64,000 bases of DNA from Bryobacterales bacterium (GTDB lineage Bacteria; Acidobacteriota; Terriglobia; Bryobacterales; UBA6623), in the NCBI GenBank assembly GCA_963422375.2, contig CAXXKD010000001.1, positions 224,001 through 288,000 on the forward strand. Direction: 5' to 3'. Both the position numbers and the translations under genes were made by a program. Each line of letters opens with the position of its first letter. Position 1 is the first letter of the stretch. The notes beneath the pieces are model-generated. The model was not told the DNA's origin. It ran no database searches and saw nothing but the letters and a program-made list of their open reading frames with translations. Positions 1 through 10,628 of the stretch are shown here, one piece after another.

Positions 1-4
1 AAGG

Positions 5-1189
5 CTACCAGACGGTGCGCGCCCGTCCCTCGCCCGCACGACGTGTACGCGACTCGGCCGGAAGACTGTTCAAGTGAGCGGCCAGACGGTCGAGGCTCGC
101 CAGATTGTGGACGGGCAGGAAATCGTCAACGAACGGAAGCACCGCCCGGATGCCCCGGGTGAGCGGCTTGTACCTAGGCGAGCCGAGCAGCGGGCTCAGC
201 CAGATCAGCCGGTGGCAGGAGCGGCTCAGTCGCGACACCTCGCGTCGCGCCACGGCCGGATCCCCGCGGTCCCAGCCGTCCGAGACGACCAGCACCACCG
301 CGCTGCGACCCAGCACCCGGCGTGCCCATTGCACGTTGAAGGCGCGCAACGCCTCCCCGATGCGGGTTCCCCCGGACCAGTCGGGGACTAGTTGCGCGAT
401 CTCCCGGAAGGGGTTGCTCTCGTGCCGGGCGCGCAGCTTATGCGTAATCCGGGTGAGGCGCGTCGCGAAGACGAACCCTTCCACGCGGTCCAAGCTGCCC
501 GCTAGGCAGCAGGCGAACCACAGCAGCATGCGGGTGTACCGCTCCATCGAGCCGCTGATGTCGCACAGCAGCACCAGCCGCCGTGGCGCGGCCTTCCTCC
601 CCTTGGTCGGCGGCTTGTCGCCAGCCGCTCCCGGCCGGGCGCACGCCGCGAGGAACCTGCGCAGGTCGGGCGCGGCGCCCCGGCCGGGCACCCAGCGCTT
701 GGTTGTTCGCGGGGCCGGCCGCCATTCCATCTCGCGCAGCAGGCGGACGGCTTGGGCGGTCTCTTCTGCAGAGAGGTTCTTGAAGTCCTTCTCGCGCAGC
801 ACCTCCCTGTCGCTGTAGGTTGCGATCCTCACGCGCTCGGCACGTTCGTCGCGCTCGCGAGCGGAACTGTCCTCCCCGGCGCCTAGAGACTCCATTTCGA
901 CGACCGGGTCCCCGAAGCGTCGCTCGCTGCCCAGCGGCCGCAGGTCCAGCTTGGTGCCCGTTCCAGCCGGCTTGGTCCAGAAGGCGCGGAAAGCCCTGTC
1001 GAACACCTGCAGGTCCTCGGCCCTCCGCACCAGCACGGCGCGGAGGGCGAACCGGAACTCGTCCCTCTTCCCGAGATCGACATGCTGCGCGGCCCGCGTC
1101 GCGTCGATGGTGCTCCCGGCCGGGACGGCCAGCCCGAGCGAGCGCAGCAGGCGCGCGAATTGCGTCAGATTCTCGAGGAGGTGGCCCAT
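5..1189 (-). CDS. coxE: CoxE-like VWA-domain protein
   Basis: VWA MIDAS motif 'LLCDISGSM', plus 'WSGGTRIG' and 'SDGWD'; directly downstream of, and overlapping, the MoxR ATPase. Confidence 0.88.
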   Translation of the reverse strand: MGHLLENLTQFARLLRSLGLAVPAGSTIDATRAAQHVDLGKRDEFRFALRAVLVRRAEDLQVFDRAFRAFWTKPAGTGTKLDLRPLGSERRFGDPVVEMESLGAGEDSSARERDERAERVRIATYSDREVLREKDFKNLSAEETAQAVRLLREMEWRPAPRTTKRWVPGRGAAPDLRRFLAACARPGAAGDKPPTKGRKAAPRRLVLLCDISGSMERYTRMLLWFACCLAGSLDRVEGFVFATRLTRITHKLRARHESNPFREIAQLVPDWSGGTRIGEALRAFNVQWARRVLGRSAVVLVVSDGWDRGDPAVARREVSRLSRSCHRLIWLSPLLGSPRYKPLTRGIRAVLPFVDDFLPVHNLASLDRLAAHLNSLPAESRTRRAGEGRARTVW

Positions 1190-2133
1190 GCTGTGCTCGG
1201 CTCCTGGCCGGCGTAGCTCATGCGCACCCCGCGATGTTCCGCCCGGTCCAGCATCGCCCGCACCGGCTCCCCCCGCACCGCCTGCATGTCCTCTTGGTTC
1301 TTCAGGAGGATGCCGAGCGTCTCGTCGATCCGCTCGGGCGTGAGCCGGTCCGCGTCCAGCGCCACGATCGCGGCGATCCAGTCGAGCGTCTCCGACACGC
1401 CCGCCGTCTTGTAAAGATCGGCCTTGCGCAGCTCTTGAACGAACGCCGTCGCTTGCTCACTGAGCGCTCGCGAGGCCTGAGGGACCTTCGCGTTGACGAT
1501 GCGCAGCTCCTTCTCGAAGTCGGGATAGTCGATCCAGCAGTACAGGCAGCGCCGCTTGAGCGCGTCGTGCAGCTCGCGGGTCCGATTCGAAGTGATGAGG
1601 ACGATCGGAGGGCGCGCGGCCCTGACCGTGCCCAGTTCCGGGATCGTGATCTGGTAGTCCGAGAGCATCTCGAGCAGGTAGCCCTCGAACTCCTCGTCGG
1701 CCCGGTCGAGCTCGTCGATCAGGAGGACGGGAGGCGGCCCGGCGTACTCCAGCGCCTTCAGCAGGGGCCGCTCGATCAGGAACTCGCGCCGGAACAGCTC
1801 CTTCGCGGCCGTCTGCCGGTCGAGATCCCCGCCGCCGCGCATGAGCTGGATCTCGAGAATCTGCCGCGAGTAGTTCCACTCGTACACGGCGTGGCTGATG
1901 TCGAGACCCTCGTAGCACTGCATCCGGATCAGTTCGCGCCCGAGCGCCGCTGCAAGCGCCTTGGCGACTTCGGTCTTGCCGACGCCGGCCTCGCCTTCGA
2001 GCAGGAGCGGCCGCTTCAGTCGCAGTGCCAGGTACACGGCCACCGACAAGGCTCGGTCGGAGACGTACTCCTCCCGCGCCAGCATCGAGTCCAGTGCGCC
2101 GATGGAACCGGGAAGCGGGCTGGAATCGGCCAT
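1165..2133 (-). CDS. coxD: MoxR-family AAA+ ATPase (CoxD-like)
   Basis: Walker A 'GEAGVGKT', Walker B 'LLIDELD', 'LHDALKRRC'; within the cox cluster. Confidence 0.9.
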   Translation of the reverse strand: MADSSPLPGSIGALDSMLAREEYVSDRALSVAVYLALRLKRPLLLEGEAGVGKTEVAKALAAALGRELIRMQCYEGLDISHAVYEWNYSRQILEIQLMRGGGDLDRQTAAKELFRREFLIERPLLKALEYAGPPPVLLIDELDRADEEFEGYLLEMLSDYQITIPELGTVRAARPPIVLITSNRTRELHDALKRRCLYCWIDYPDFEKELRIVNAKVPQASRALSEQATAFVQELRKADLYKTAGVSETLDWIAAIVALDADRLTPERIDETLGILLKNQEDMQAVRGEPVRAMLDRAEHRGVRMSYAGQEPSTAWATSSRI

Positions 2134-2149
2134 GTGCGGAGCCGGGCGA

Positions 2150-3019
2150 TCAGCCGCAGCGCGCAGCGGCCGCGGCGACGGCGCGCCGCACCCAGGCGTG
2201 GACCACGGCCTTGCGGTACTCCGCCGAAGCGTACAGGTCTCCTAGCACCTCGTCGTCTTCGAGGCAATCGGCCGCGAGCCGCGAGGCCGCGGCGACTGCC
2301 TCGTCGCTGAGCGGCCCGCCGAGCAGCGCTTGCTCGACGTCCCCGGCGCGCACCGGGGCGGGCGCGAGCCCGCCAAGGGCCACGCTCGCGGCCGTGCAGC
2401 GGCCTTCGCGGGCGGCGACCCGCGCCGCCACGCCGATCACCGCGTACCTGGACGCCGGATGGGCGAACTTAGCGTACGCGGAACCCTCGCCCTCCCCGGC
2501 GACGGGCACTTCGATGGCGGTGAGGATGTCCCCCTCGCCGAGCGCGGTCGTCATGAGGCCTTCGAAAAAGCCCGCGGCCGGCACGCGGCGCTCGCCAGCC
2601 TCCCCCTCGATGACGAACTCGGCGTCGAGACACCTCAGCACGGTCGGCAGGTCGGAGGCCGGGTCGGCGTGCGCTACGTTGCCGCCGACTGTGCCGCGAT
2701 TCCTCACGGCCGGATCGCCGATCATGCCGGCTGCCTCGGACAGGGCGGTAGCGCTGGCTTGGAGGGTCTCCGACGCGGCGAGTTGGGCGTGGGTCGTGAG
2801 GGCCCCGATGCGGATCGAGCCCGAGTCGGCCTGGATGCCGCGGAGCGCGTCGATGCGTCCGATGTCGATCAGCGCCGAGAGGGCTGCGAGGCGCAGCTTC
2901 AGGGCCGGGACTATGCTGTGGCCGCCCGCTAGGAGCTTGGAGTCGGGGTGCTTGGCCAGGAGCTCGGCGGCTTCCGCCACCGAGCCGGCCCGGTAGTAGT
3001 CGAACTCGGGTGCGTACAT
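2150..3019 (-). CDS. coxM: CO/xanthine dehydrogenase family FAD-binding (medium) subunit
   Basis: 'KLLAGGHS' and 'VRNRGTVGGNVAHADPASD' FAD-binding motifs. Confidence 0.9.
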   Translation of the reverse strand: MYAPEFDYYRAGSVAEAAELLAKHPDSKLLAGGHSIVPALKLRLAALSALIDIGRIDALRGIQADSGSIRIGALTTHAQLAASETLQASATALSEAAGMIGDPAVRNRGTVGGNVAHADPASDLPTVLRCLDAEFVIEGEAGERRVPAAGFFEGLMTTALGEGDILTAIEVPVAGEGEGSAYAKFAHPASRYAVIGVAARVAAREGRCTAASVALGGLAPAPVRAGDVEQALLGGPLSDEAVAAASRLAADCLEDDEVLGDLYASAEYRKAVVHAWVRRAVAAAAARCG

Positions 3020-3022
3020 GGC

Positions 3023-5380
3023 TCAATTCCTCCCTTGCGCGTCCTGAATGGAGCGCCAGACCCGCTCTGGCGTCAGCGGCATGTTCACGCTCCCCACGCC
3101 GAGCGGCTGCAGTGCGTCGATCACGGCGTTATAGACGGCCGCCGTCGAGGCGATCGTGCCGGCCTCGCCGATGCCCTTGACCCCGAGCGGATGGTGGGGC
3201 GAGGGCGTGACGGTGGAATGGACCTCGATGTCGGGCAGGCGGTCGGCCCGCGGCAGCGCGTAGTCGAGCATCGTGCCCGTGACCAGCTGGCCGCCGTCGT
3301 CGTACACGCCCTCCTCCCAGAGCGCTTGACCGATGCCCTGCACGATGCCGCCGTGGACCTGGCCCTCGACGATGACCGGGTTGATCTGCGGGCCGCAGTC
3401 GTCCACGGCCACGTAGCGCTTGAGATCCACGCTGCCGCTCTCGGGGTCGACCTCGACCACCGCGAGGTGGGCGCCGTAGGGGAAGACGAAATTGGGCGGG
3501 TCGTAGAAGGAGGTGGCCTCGAGGCCGGCCTCGACCCCCTCCGGCAGGTTCCACGCCACGTTGGCCATGAGGGCGATGTCCTGGATCGTCTTGCTCGAGT
3601 CCGGGGAGCCTTTCACGAAGAACTTGCCGTCGTCGTACTCCATGTCCTCGACGGCTGCCTCGAGCAGGTGCGCGGCGATGATCGTGGCCTTGTCGCGGAT
3701 CTTGCGCGCGGCCACGGCAAGGGCCGCGCCCCCGACCGCCGTGGTGCGGCTGCCGTAAGTGCCCCAGCCCATGGGGGTGTTGTCGGTGTCTCCGTGGATC
3801 ACCTTGACGTCGTCCGGCGAGACGCCGAGCTCGCCGGCTACGATCTGGGCGAAGGTCGTTTCCTCGCCCTGTCCGTGCGGGGACGCGCCGATCATGACGT
3901 GGACCTTGCCGCTCGGGTGGAACCGAAGGATCGCGCTCTCCCACAGGCCGCCTTGGAAGCCGATCGCGCCCGCCACCTGCGAAGGCCCGAGGCCGCAGAT
4001 CTCGACGTAGGTCGAGAGCCCGAGCCCTATGTACCGGCCGCTCTCGCGCGCTGCGGCCTGCTCGGCCCGCAGGTCGCGGTAGCCCGCCTCGCCCAGCAGC
4101 TTCGCCAGCGCCCCTCCGTAATCGCCGCTGTCGTAGGTGAGGCCGGTGACCACGTCGTGGCCGCTGTCGAATTTCGGGATGAAGTTGCGCCGGCGCACGT
4201 CGACCGGATCCATGCCGAGCTCCGCAGCCAGCAAGTCGACGAGGCGCTCGACCATGAATGTGGCCTCGGGACGGCCGGCACCGCGATACGCTTCCACGGG
4301 AGTGGTGTTGGTGTACAGGCCGTAGACGTCCTCGTGGATGGCCGGGATGTCGTAGACGCCGGAGAGCATCAGGCCGTGCAGGATGGTGGGGATGCCCGGC
4401 GCCGCCGTGGACAGGTAGGCGCCCATGCCCGCCCAGACCGTGGCCCGCAGGCCCGTGATCCGGCCGTCCTTGGTCGCCGCCAGCTCGATCTCCTGCACGT
4501 GGTCGCGCCCGTGGGTGGTGGCTTGGTAGTTCTCGCTGCGGCTCTCCACCCACTTGACCGGCACGCCAAGCTTCTTCGAGCAGAAGACCGTGAGGAAGTC
4601 GGCCGGGTAGACTGCGATCTTGCTGCCGAACCCGCCGCCCACCTCGGGCGCGATGACGCGCAGCTTGTCCTCCGGCACGCCGTTCACGAGCGAGCAGAGG
4701 AAGCGCACGATGTGCGGGTTCTGTGTCGTGTTCCAGAGCGTCAGCTCGCCTGTCGCCGGGACGTAGCTCGCGATGGCGGCGCGCGGCTCCATGGCGTTCG
4801 GGATCAGGCGCTGCTGGACGATCGTCTCCCTGACGACGACTTCCGCGTTGGCGAAGGCCTCGTCAATGTCGCCTCCGCCGGTGACCGTCCAGTGGAACGC
4901 TTGGTTGCCCTCGATCTCGGCGTGGAGCTGCGGCGCGCCCTCGGCTGCGGCGTCCTTGGGCCGGACGACCGCGTCCACGGGCTCGTAGTCGACATCGATC
5001 AGGTCGAGCGCGTCGCAGGCCTGGCTGGGGGTTTCGGCAACGACGACGGCCACGATGTCGCCCACGTAGCGGACAGTGTCCTTCGCCAGGCAGTGGTAGT
5101 CGGCGATCTTGAGGGCTGAGTTGGGCAGGAGCCAAGCGCAAGGCGCGGGCGCGATCTCGCCTTCCGCGTCGGCGCTGGTGTATACGGCGACCACGCCGGG
5201 CGCGCTCGCCGCTGCCGAGGTGTCGATGCCGCCGATACGGGCGTGGGAGTAGGGGCTGCGCACCAGGGCGGCGTGCAGCATGCCGGGCAGGACGATGTCG
5301 TCGGTGTACTTGGCGGTGCCGGTGATGAGCCGCGGGTCCTCGCGCCGCCGGATTCCGGAACCGAACGTGGACGCGCTCAT
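3023..5380 (-). CDS. coxL: Molybdopterin-binding large subunit, form II CoxL / xanthine dehydrogenase family
   Basis: '[10 protein letters not shown]', 'GGGFGSK', active-site loop 'AYRGAGR' (form II, not form I AYxCSFR), 'GVKGIGEAG'. Confidence 0.88.
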   Translation of the reverse strand: MSASTFGSGIRRREDPRLITGTAKYTDDIVLPGMLHAALVRSPYSHARIGGIDTSAAASAPGVVAVYTSADAEGEIAPAPCAWLLPNSALKIADYHCLAKDTVRYVGDIVAVVVAETPSQACDALDLIDVDYEPVDAVVRPKDAAAEGAPQLHAEIEGNQAFHWTVTGGGDIDEAFANAEVVVRETIVQQRLIPNAMEPRAAIASYVPATGELTLWNTTQNPHIVRFLCSLVNGVPEDKLRVIAPEVGGGFGSKIAVYPADFLTVFCSKKLGVPVKWVESRSENYQATTHGRDHVQEIELAATKDGRITGLRATVWAGMGAYLSTAAPGIPTILHGLMLSGVYDIPAIHEDVYGLYTNTTPVEAYRGAGRPEATFMVERLVDLLAAELGMDPVDVRRRNFIPKFDSGHDVVTGLTYDSGDYGGALAKLLGEAGYRDLRAEQAAARESGRYIGLGLSTYVEICGLGPSQVAGAIGFQGGLWESAILRFHPSGKVHVMIGASPHGQGEETTFAQIVAGELGVSPDDVKVIHGDTDNTPMGWGTYGSRTTAVGGAALAVAARKIRDKATIIAAHLLEAAVEDMEYDDGKFFVKGSPDSSKTIQDIALMANVAWNLPEGVEAGLEATSFYDPPNFVFPYGAHLAVVEVDPESGSVDLKRYVAVDDCGPQINPVIVEGQVHGGIVQGIGQALWEEGVYDDGGQLVTGTMLDYALPRADRLPDIEVHSTVTPSPHHPLGVKGIGEAGTIASTAAVYNAVIDALQPLGVGSVNMPLTPERVWRSIQDAQGRN

Positions 5381-5847
5381 GCCGCACCTCCTGCCGCCGC
5401 GTCACGCACGGCGCGGACGATGTTCTGGTAGCCGGTGCAGCGGCAGAGATTGCCTTCCAGGCCGTGCCGGATCTCGTCGTCGGAGGGCTCCGGGTTGCAG
5501 CGCAGCAGCTCGTGCGAGGCCATGATCATCCCGGGCGTGCAGAACCCGCATTGCAGGCCGTGCTTGTTCCAGAACGACTCCTGCAGCGCGTGCAGCCCGT
5601 CGCCGCCGGCCAGGCCCTCGATCGTTGTAACCGAGGCGCCGTCGGCCTGGACCGCGAGGCAGGTGCAGGACTTGGCCGAGACGCCGTCCAGCAGGACCGT
5701 GCAGGCGCCGCACTGGCTCGTGTCGCACCCCACCTTGGTGCCGGTCAGTCCCAGCACGTCGCGAATGAAATGGACCAGCAGCAGCCTCGGCTCGACATCC
5801 CTCTCGAACCGGCGGCCGTTGATGGTGATGCTTACGGGAATCTTCAC
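5377..5847 (-). CDS. coxS: (2Fe-2S) small subunit
   Basis: '[12 protein letters not shown]' and 'QCGFCTPG...CRCTGY'; GTG start at 5847 with GGGAGG RBS upstream (the ORF-track start at 6249 is too long). Confidence 0.9.
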   Translation of the reverse strand: MKIPVSITINGRRFERDVEPRLLLVHFIRDVLGLTGTKVGCDTSQCGACTVLLDGVSAKSCTCLAVQADGASVTTIEGLAGGDGLHALQESFWNKHGLQCGFCTPGMIMASHELLRCNPEPSDDEIRHGLEGNLCRCTGYQNIVRAVRDAAAGGAA

Positions 5848-6633
5848 CGCTTCGCCTCCCTTCCGCGCAGCGACGCGACAGGAGCCGCGCCGGAAACCGC
5901 AGCGAGATTGTAGCGCAACCGCATCGGCCCTGGATCGGGCGGAGCGACCCGTGACGGACTGTGGCGGCCGCCGGGGGGCGGGCTGCCCGACGGGCCGAGT
6001 CGAGTGGCGGCGGGGTCTCTCGCTTCCCGCGCCGGCTCCCGGCACGGCCCATGGTCTTGCGGCTGCGCGCGGGCACCCGCGGCGGTTGCACGCCTCGAGG
6101 TCAAGTTGGCCTTCGCCGGGAGCGAAGTGCGGACCGACCGTTGCCGAGCCGGTCCACTGCGTCAGGCACCGTGCCGCGATTCGGGACTTGCCGCGGTCGC
6201 TGATCGTCGCTGTGATCGTAGAGCCGGACGTGGCGGAGGGATCGGGCAATCAAGCGCGGGCTGACCTTCCGGACGGTCCGCAGACCCCGTGCCAGCCCTT
6301 GTGCTTCCCATGCCTGCCGATGCTTGCGGTTGCAACCTCTCTGCACCCTGACCGCAAGCGTCATCCCCTCGGCCCGCGCCCTGCTGAGGGTCGCTCGGAG
6401 ATCCTCGCGCAGCCCCGGGGATCTCTGCTGGGATTCCTCGCCGAGTCATCGCGCCGCACAACGGCCCAGTATTGGCCTCATTCGCCGAGGCAATGCACTG
6501 TCCTGCGTGCAGAATAGACACAACATGTGGGATCGGTGTCGGACAGTCGGCGGCAAGAGCATTGACGCCTTCGGTAGGGGTCGGGGATCGAGTCTCCTTG
6601 GGCGCTAAGACAGAAGCGGTCATCATGAAGGGA

Positions 6634-8205
6634 ATGCGTCAATTCAACACGGCGGGCCCGGTAAACGCCGACAAGCACTACAGCATTCCGCCCTTGAGTC
6701 GCCTGAACTTGGACGAGGTGCTGGCCTTGATCCGGAACGAGCATTACTTCGTCTTGCATGCTCCGAGGCAGACCGGGAAGACCACGGCCCTGATGGCACT
6801 GAGGGACCTGCTGAACAGCGGGTCCGAAGGTGAGTACCGCTGCGTGTACGCGAGCCTAGAGGAAGCGTCGACTGCTCGCGAAGATGTCGAGGTCGCGATG
6901 GAGTGTGTCCTCGGAGCATTGGGCTCGAGTGCTCGCCGGGTCGCGAAAGACTCTCTTGTCGACGAAATCTGGCCGGGAGTCCTTCAGCGCTACAAGGCCC
7001 GCAGGGCACTGTCGGAAGTCCTGTATCGATGGGCGGAGGCCGACCGGCGGCCCTTGGTGCTGCTGATCGACGAGATCGATTCCCTCGAGGGCGACAGCCT
7101 GCTTTCCGTGTTACGGCAGCTGCGCGCCGGCTACTCCGAGCGGCCAGTCCACTTCCCGCAGAGCATCGTGCTTTGTGGCATGCGCGACATGCGTGACTAT
7201 CGCATCGAGTCGGCGACCTCAGGCAAGGTAGTCGCCAGCCCGTTCAACGTCATCGCGAAGTCGCTACGCCTTGGCAACTTCTCTCGGGAAGAAGTGGTCG
7301 ATCTGCTCGGGCAGCACACTTCCGACACCGGGCAGGATTTCGAGCCGGGGGCGGTGGAGCGAGTCTGGACGCAAACACAGGGCCAGCCATGGCTTGTGAA
7401 CGCCCTCTGCGACGCGGCCTGTTTCGACGCGGGTCGGATACGCTACTCGCGCAAATTGATCGACGAGGCTGACATCCTGCGGGCGCAAGAGGCTCTGATC
7501 CAGCAGCGGTCGGTGCATATCGACCAGCTGGCGGACAAGCTCAGGGAGGAACGCGTGCGACGCGTGATCGAGCCGATTCTCGCTGGAAGACCGTATCGCA
7601 GCTCGCAGCCCCGTGACTTGGAGTATGTCAGGGACCTAGGCCTCGTGGCGCAGGACGGCTCCCCTCGCATTGCCAATCCCATCTACGCCGAGGTCGTGCC
7701 GCGGGAGCTCACTGCCGACACGCAGGAGGACTTGGACCAGGACGTGGCATGGTACGTGCGCTCGGACGGCGGACTGGACGTTCCGAAGCTGATGGGTGCG
7801 TTCCAGGAATTCTTCCGAGAGCACTCGGAACACTGGATCGAGCGCTTCCAGTACAAGGAGGCGGGGCCGCAGCTGCTGCTGCAGGCGTTCCTGCAGAGGG
7901 TGGTGAATGGCGGCGGCCGCATCGAGCGGGAGTACGGCCTAGGGCGTGGGCGCACGGATCTCCTGCTGCTCTGGCCGACGGGCGAGCGGACCGAAAGGTG
8001 CGTGATCGAGTGCAAGATCCTGCGCGGGAGCATGGAGCGTGCAATCCGCGACGGAATCGAGCAGACGGCCGGGTACATGGATCGCTGCGCGGCGGAGTCC
8101 GGCCACTTGGTCTTGTTCGACCGGCGCAATACGTCTTGGGAAAGCAAGCTGTTCCGGCGTCGGGAACAGTCCTCCACCGGGCCCGTGGAGGTCTGGGGGA
8201 TGTGA
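6634..8205 (+). CDS. AAA-like ATPase with C-terminal PD-(D/E)XK nuclease-like domain
   Basis: N-terminal 'MRQFNTAGPV', Walker A 'APRQTGKTT', Walker B 'LLIDEID', C-terminal 'EYGLGRGRTDLL...VIECK'; start could be 6625. Confidence 0.8.
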   Translation: MRQFNTAGPVNADKHYSIPPLSRLNLDEVLALIRNEHYFVLHAPRQTGKTTALMALRDLLNSGSEGEYRCVYASLEEASTAREDVEVAMECVLGALGSSARRVAKDSLVDEIWPGVLQRYKARRALSEVLYRWAEADRRPLVLLIDEIDSLEGDSLLSVLRQLRAGYSERPVHFPQSIVLCGMRDMRDYRIESATSGKVVASPFNVIAKSLRLGNFSREEVVDLLGQHTSDTGQDFEPGAVERVWTQTQGQPWLVNALCDAACFDAGRIRYSRKLIDEADILRAQEALIQQRSVHIDQLADKLREERVRRVIEPILAGRPYRSSQPRDLEYVRDLGLVAQDGSPRIANPIYAEVVPRELTADTQEDLDQDVAWYVRSDGGLDVPKLMGAFQEFFREHSEHWIERFQYKEAGPQLLLQAFLQRVVNGGGRIEREYGLGRGRTDLLLLWPTGERTERCVIECKILRGSMERAIRDGIEQTAGYMDRCAAESGHLVLFDRRNTSWESKLFRRREQSSTGPVEVWGM

Positions 8206-8612
8206 CGGTTTCGCGAGCATCGGTGCCGTGCGGAATGGCAGCGATACAACAGGTGGCGGCCATGGCCTAGCCGGTCGCTCTGGCCGGCAGCAGGTCTTGC
8301 GGGTCTTGCAAGAGGACGTGTCTCCATGTTCGGATCATCTGCGAATCCCGCTGCGGACCGGGTTTGCGTTTTGGAATTATAAGGTAGAGTGCCCAACAGT
8401 ATCCCGTTTAGATATCGTGCCGCGGCATGCCGACGTAGGGAGTCTCGACCGGTTCGGTGAGTCGGCGGGCAGCCTCTGCCTGTGACGCCTGCGGAGGCGT
8501 GACCGACTCTTCAAGCCCGGCCTTGGATGGCTGGCAGGTCCCGCGTGCAGTTTCGACGCGGCGCGGATGGAATCGGTTCACTGGCCTCGACCTTCCTAGC
8601 GCAAATTCACTA

Positions 8613-10482
8613 GTGCTTGTGACAGAACGCGCAAGCCCTTAGTTTCCGGGAGGTTGCAGCAGGTCCGTGGGACGAAGATCGGGGCGATCCGGGACGGCTT
8701 GCGCGTTTCCGGGGGTTGTGCGACAATCTTCGTTGAGGAACCGCCCGTGAGGACCGTTCAGGAGATCCAGCTCACCCTTGGCCGGACTGCAATCGAGGAT
8801 ATCGATCTCGACGTCCGTTCCCGCGACGATATCCCGGCCATCTTGCTAGGAATACAATTCATCTATCGCACCGAGGAGTTGCGGGACAGGGTTTTCGCAC
8901 TGCTCGAGAGCCGTATCCTCGGCCTCGGCGAGAGTAGCGGGAACGGCGGGAACGGCGAGAACGGAAGCGATCCTTCCGCAGGCGAGTCCGGTAAGATCAA
9001 CCCTGCCGTCGGTCGTCCCGGCATGCAGCTGTGGAACATTCTCGTCCCGGGCCTGCTCAAGCAGGGATTGAATTGCGACTGCGACCGCGTGACGGAGCTG
9101 GCGAACAAGCATGCGGACGTCCGGCGCTTCCTCGGTCTGAACGCGACGCTCGACGAGCAGGTCTTCAGCTACCGGACAGTCAACCGGAATCCGAAGCTTC
9201 TCACGCCCGACCTCCTCGCGGAAATCAATCAGCTGGTCGTGCAGGAAGGGCACGCGCTGGCGGGGTGCGAGGAAGGTGATTCGCTGAAGGCGCGGCGCGA
9301 CTCGTTCGTGGTGGAAACGAACGTGCACTACCCGACGGACGTGAGTCTTCTATGGGACGCGTTGCGCTGCCTGATTCGCACTATTGCGCCACTGTGCAAG
9401 GGGCGCGGTATCGCGGGCTGGCGGCAGAGCGCGCGGCTGCTGAAGACGCTGAAGCAGGAATTCAACCGGGTGCGGCAGGCGAAGAGGAGGCAAGCCAACC
9501 CGGAGAGGGTGCGGTCGTACCTGGAGGCGGCCCTGGAGATAGCGCGGCGGGCGGAGGGTGCGCTGGCGGCCCTGGCGCGGGCCGGGGAAGACCAGGGAAC
9601 CTTGCGAGCGGCAAGGAGTTACCTCGGGTGCGTGCAGCTCCTGGCGGACCCGGTGGAGCGGCGCGTGCTGCGGGGGGAGAAGATCCCGCACGAGGAGAAA
9701 GTGTTCTCGATCTTCGAGGAACACACGCGCTGGTGCGTGAAAGGAAAAGCGGGGGTGCCGGTGGAGCCGGGCGTTCCGGTATGCATCGTGGAAAGCGAGC
9801 ACCGATTCGTGATGAATCACGAAGTGATGTGGAAGGGGAGCGACGCGGACGTAGCGGTGGGAATCGTCGAGGGGGCGCAGGGGCTGTACGCGGGGTTGTC
9901 GAGCTGCAGCTTCGACAAGGACTTTCACAGCCCGGCGAACCGGACGCGCTTGGCGGAACTGCTGTCGTGCAACGCGATGCGGCGGAAGGGGAGGCTGTCG
10001 AAGGCGGCGAAGGCGACGGAAGGCGCGCCCGAATTCGTGGCTGCGAGGCAGGCGCACCCGGCCGTGGAGTCCGCGATCAACAATCTCGAGTGCCGCGGTC
10101 TGGACAGGGTGATGGACCGGGGAGCGGAGGGATTCGAGCGGATGATCGGGCTAGCGGTCCTGGCGGCGAACGTGCATCGAGTGGGCCGGATCGTGCGCGA
10201 CAGAGAGCGGGACAGAGAGAGGGAGCGTCTCAAGACGGGACCCTTGCCGCTGGCTGCATAGGCAGTCGGCAGCGATCTGAATTGCCCTGAATTGAAACCT
10301 TGAAGAGACAAGGTTCAGGAAAAGTGTACAACTAGAACAGAACTAACTGTATCCTCACAATGAAAATGGAATATGAGGCAATGAGTTCGGGTAATTGGCG
10401 CAGCCTGTTTCTTCTATAGCTATCATTTGGTCGGGATCTATCAGCTAGAATTCCCAAAATATCAGGGTTTTGTCACAAGTAC
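8613..10482 (+). mobile_element. ISNCY-family insertion sequence (1870 bp)
   Basis: Left TIR GTGCTTGTGACAGAAC (8613-8628); right TIR reads GTACTTGTGACAAAAC on the reverse strand (ends 10482); perfect 6-bp TSD TCACTA at 8607-8612 and 10483-10488. Confidence 0.9.
8747..10261 (+). CDS. ISNCY-family DDE transposase (frame open, possibly inactivated by substitutions)
   Basis: 'SRDDIPAILLG', 'DSFVVETNVHYPTD', 'EKVFSIFE', 'SFDK', 'HPAVESAINNLE'; GTG start with GAGGA RBS. Confidence 0.85.
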   Translation: MRTVQEIQLTLGRTAIEDIDLDVRSRDDIPAILLGIQFIYRTEELRDRVFALLESRILGLGESSGNGGNGENGSDPSAGESGKINPAVGRPGMQLWNILVPGLLKQGLNCDCDRVTELANKHADVRRFLGLNATLDEQVFSYRTVNRNPKLLTPDLLAEINQLVVQEGHALAGCEEGDSLKARRDSFVVETNVHYPTDVSLLWDALRCLIRTIAPLCKGRGIAGWRQSARLLKTLKQEFNRVRQAKRRQANPERVRSYLEAALEIARRAEGALAALARAGEDQGTLRAARSYLGCVQLLADPVERRVLRGEKIPHEEKVFSIFEEHTRWCVKGKAGVPVEPGVPVCIVESEHRFVMNHEVMWKGSDADVAVGIVEGAQGLYAGLSSCSFDKDFHSPANRTRLAELLSCNAMRRKGRLSKAAKATEGAPEFVAARQAHPAVESAINNLECRGLDRVMDRGAEGFERMIGLAVLAANVHRVGRIVRDRERDRERERLKTGPLPLAA

Positions 10483-10615
10483 TCACTAGTCATTCGAGCG
10501 TCGCGTGGCGCACGCCGAGAATCCGCGCCGCCTCCGCCACGGTAAGGCCGAAGTCCTCGATCACTGCGATATGGATGAAAATTCCGGGTGCGACGGGGTC
10601 ATCCCGATCTTGATG
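10483..10615 (-). pseudogene. higA: HigA-type antitoxin (HTH) relic, frameshifted and interrupted by the ISNCY
   Basis: Manual translation 'IKIGMTPSHP(fs)FIHIAVIEDFGLTVAEAARILGVRHATLE*LV'; with the IS and one TSD removed it reads L-V-N. Confidence 0.7.
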
Positions 10616-10628
10616 CCGCCCGTGCTGA

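Noticed and set aside
820..5119. Long plus-strand ORFs (820-2310, 2948-5119) and similar antisense ORFs elsewhere
   Set aside because: Shadow ORFs opposite real high-GC genes, with no recognisable motifs.
3023..5380. Bona fide aerobic (form I) CO dehydrogenase
   Set aside because: It lacks AYxCSFR and the gene order is S-L-M.
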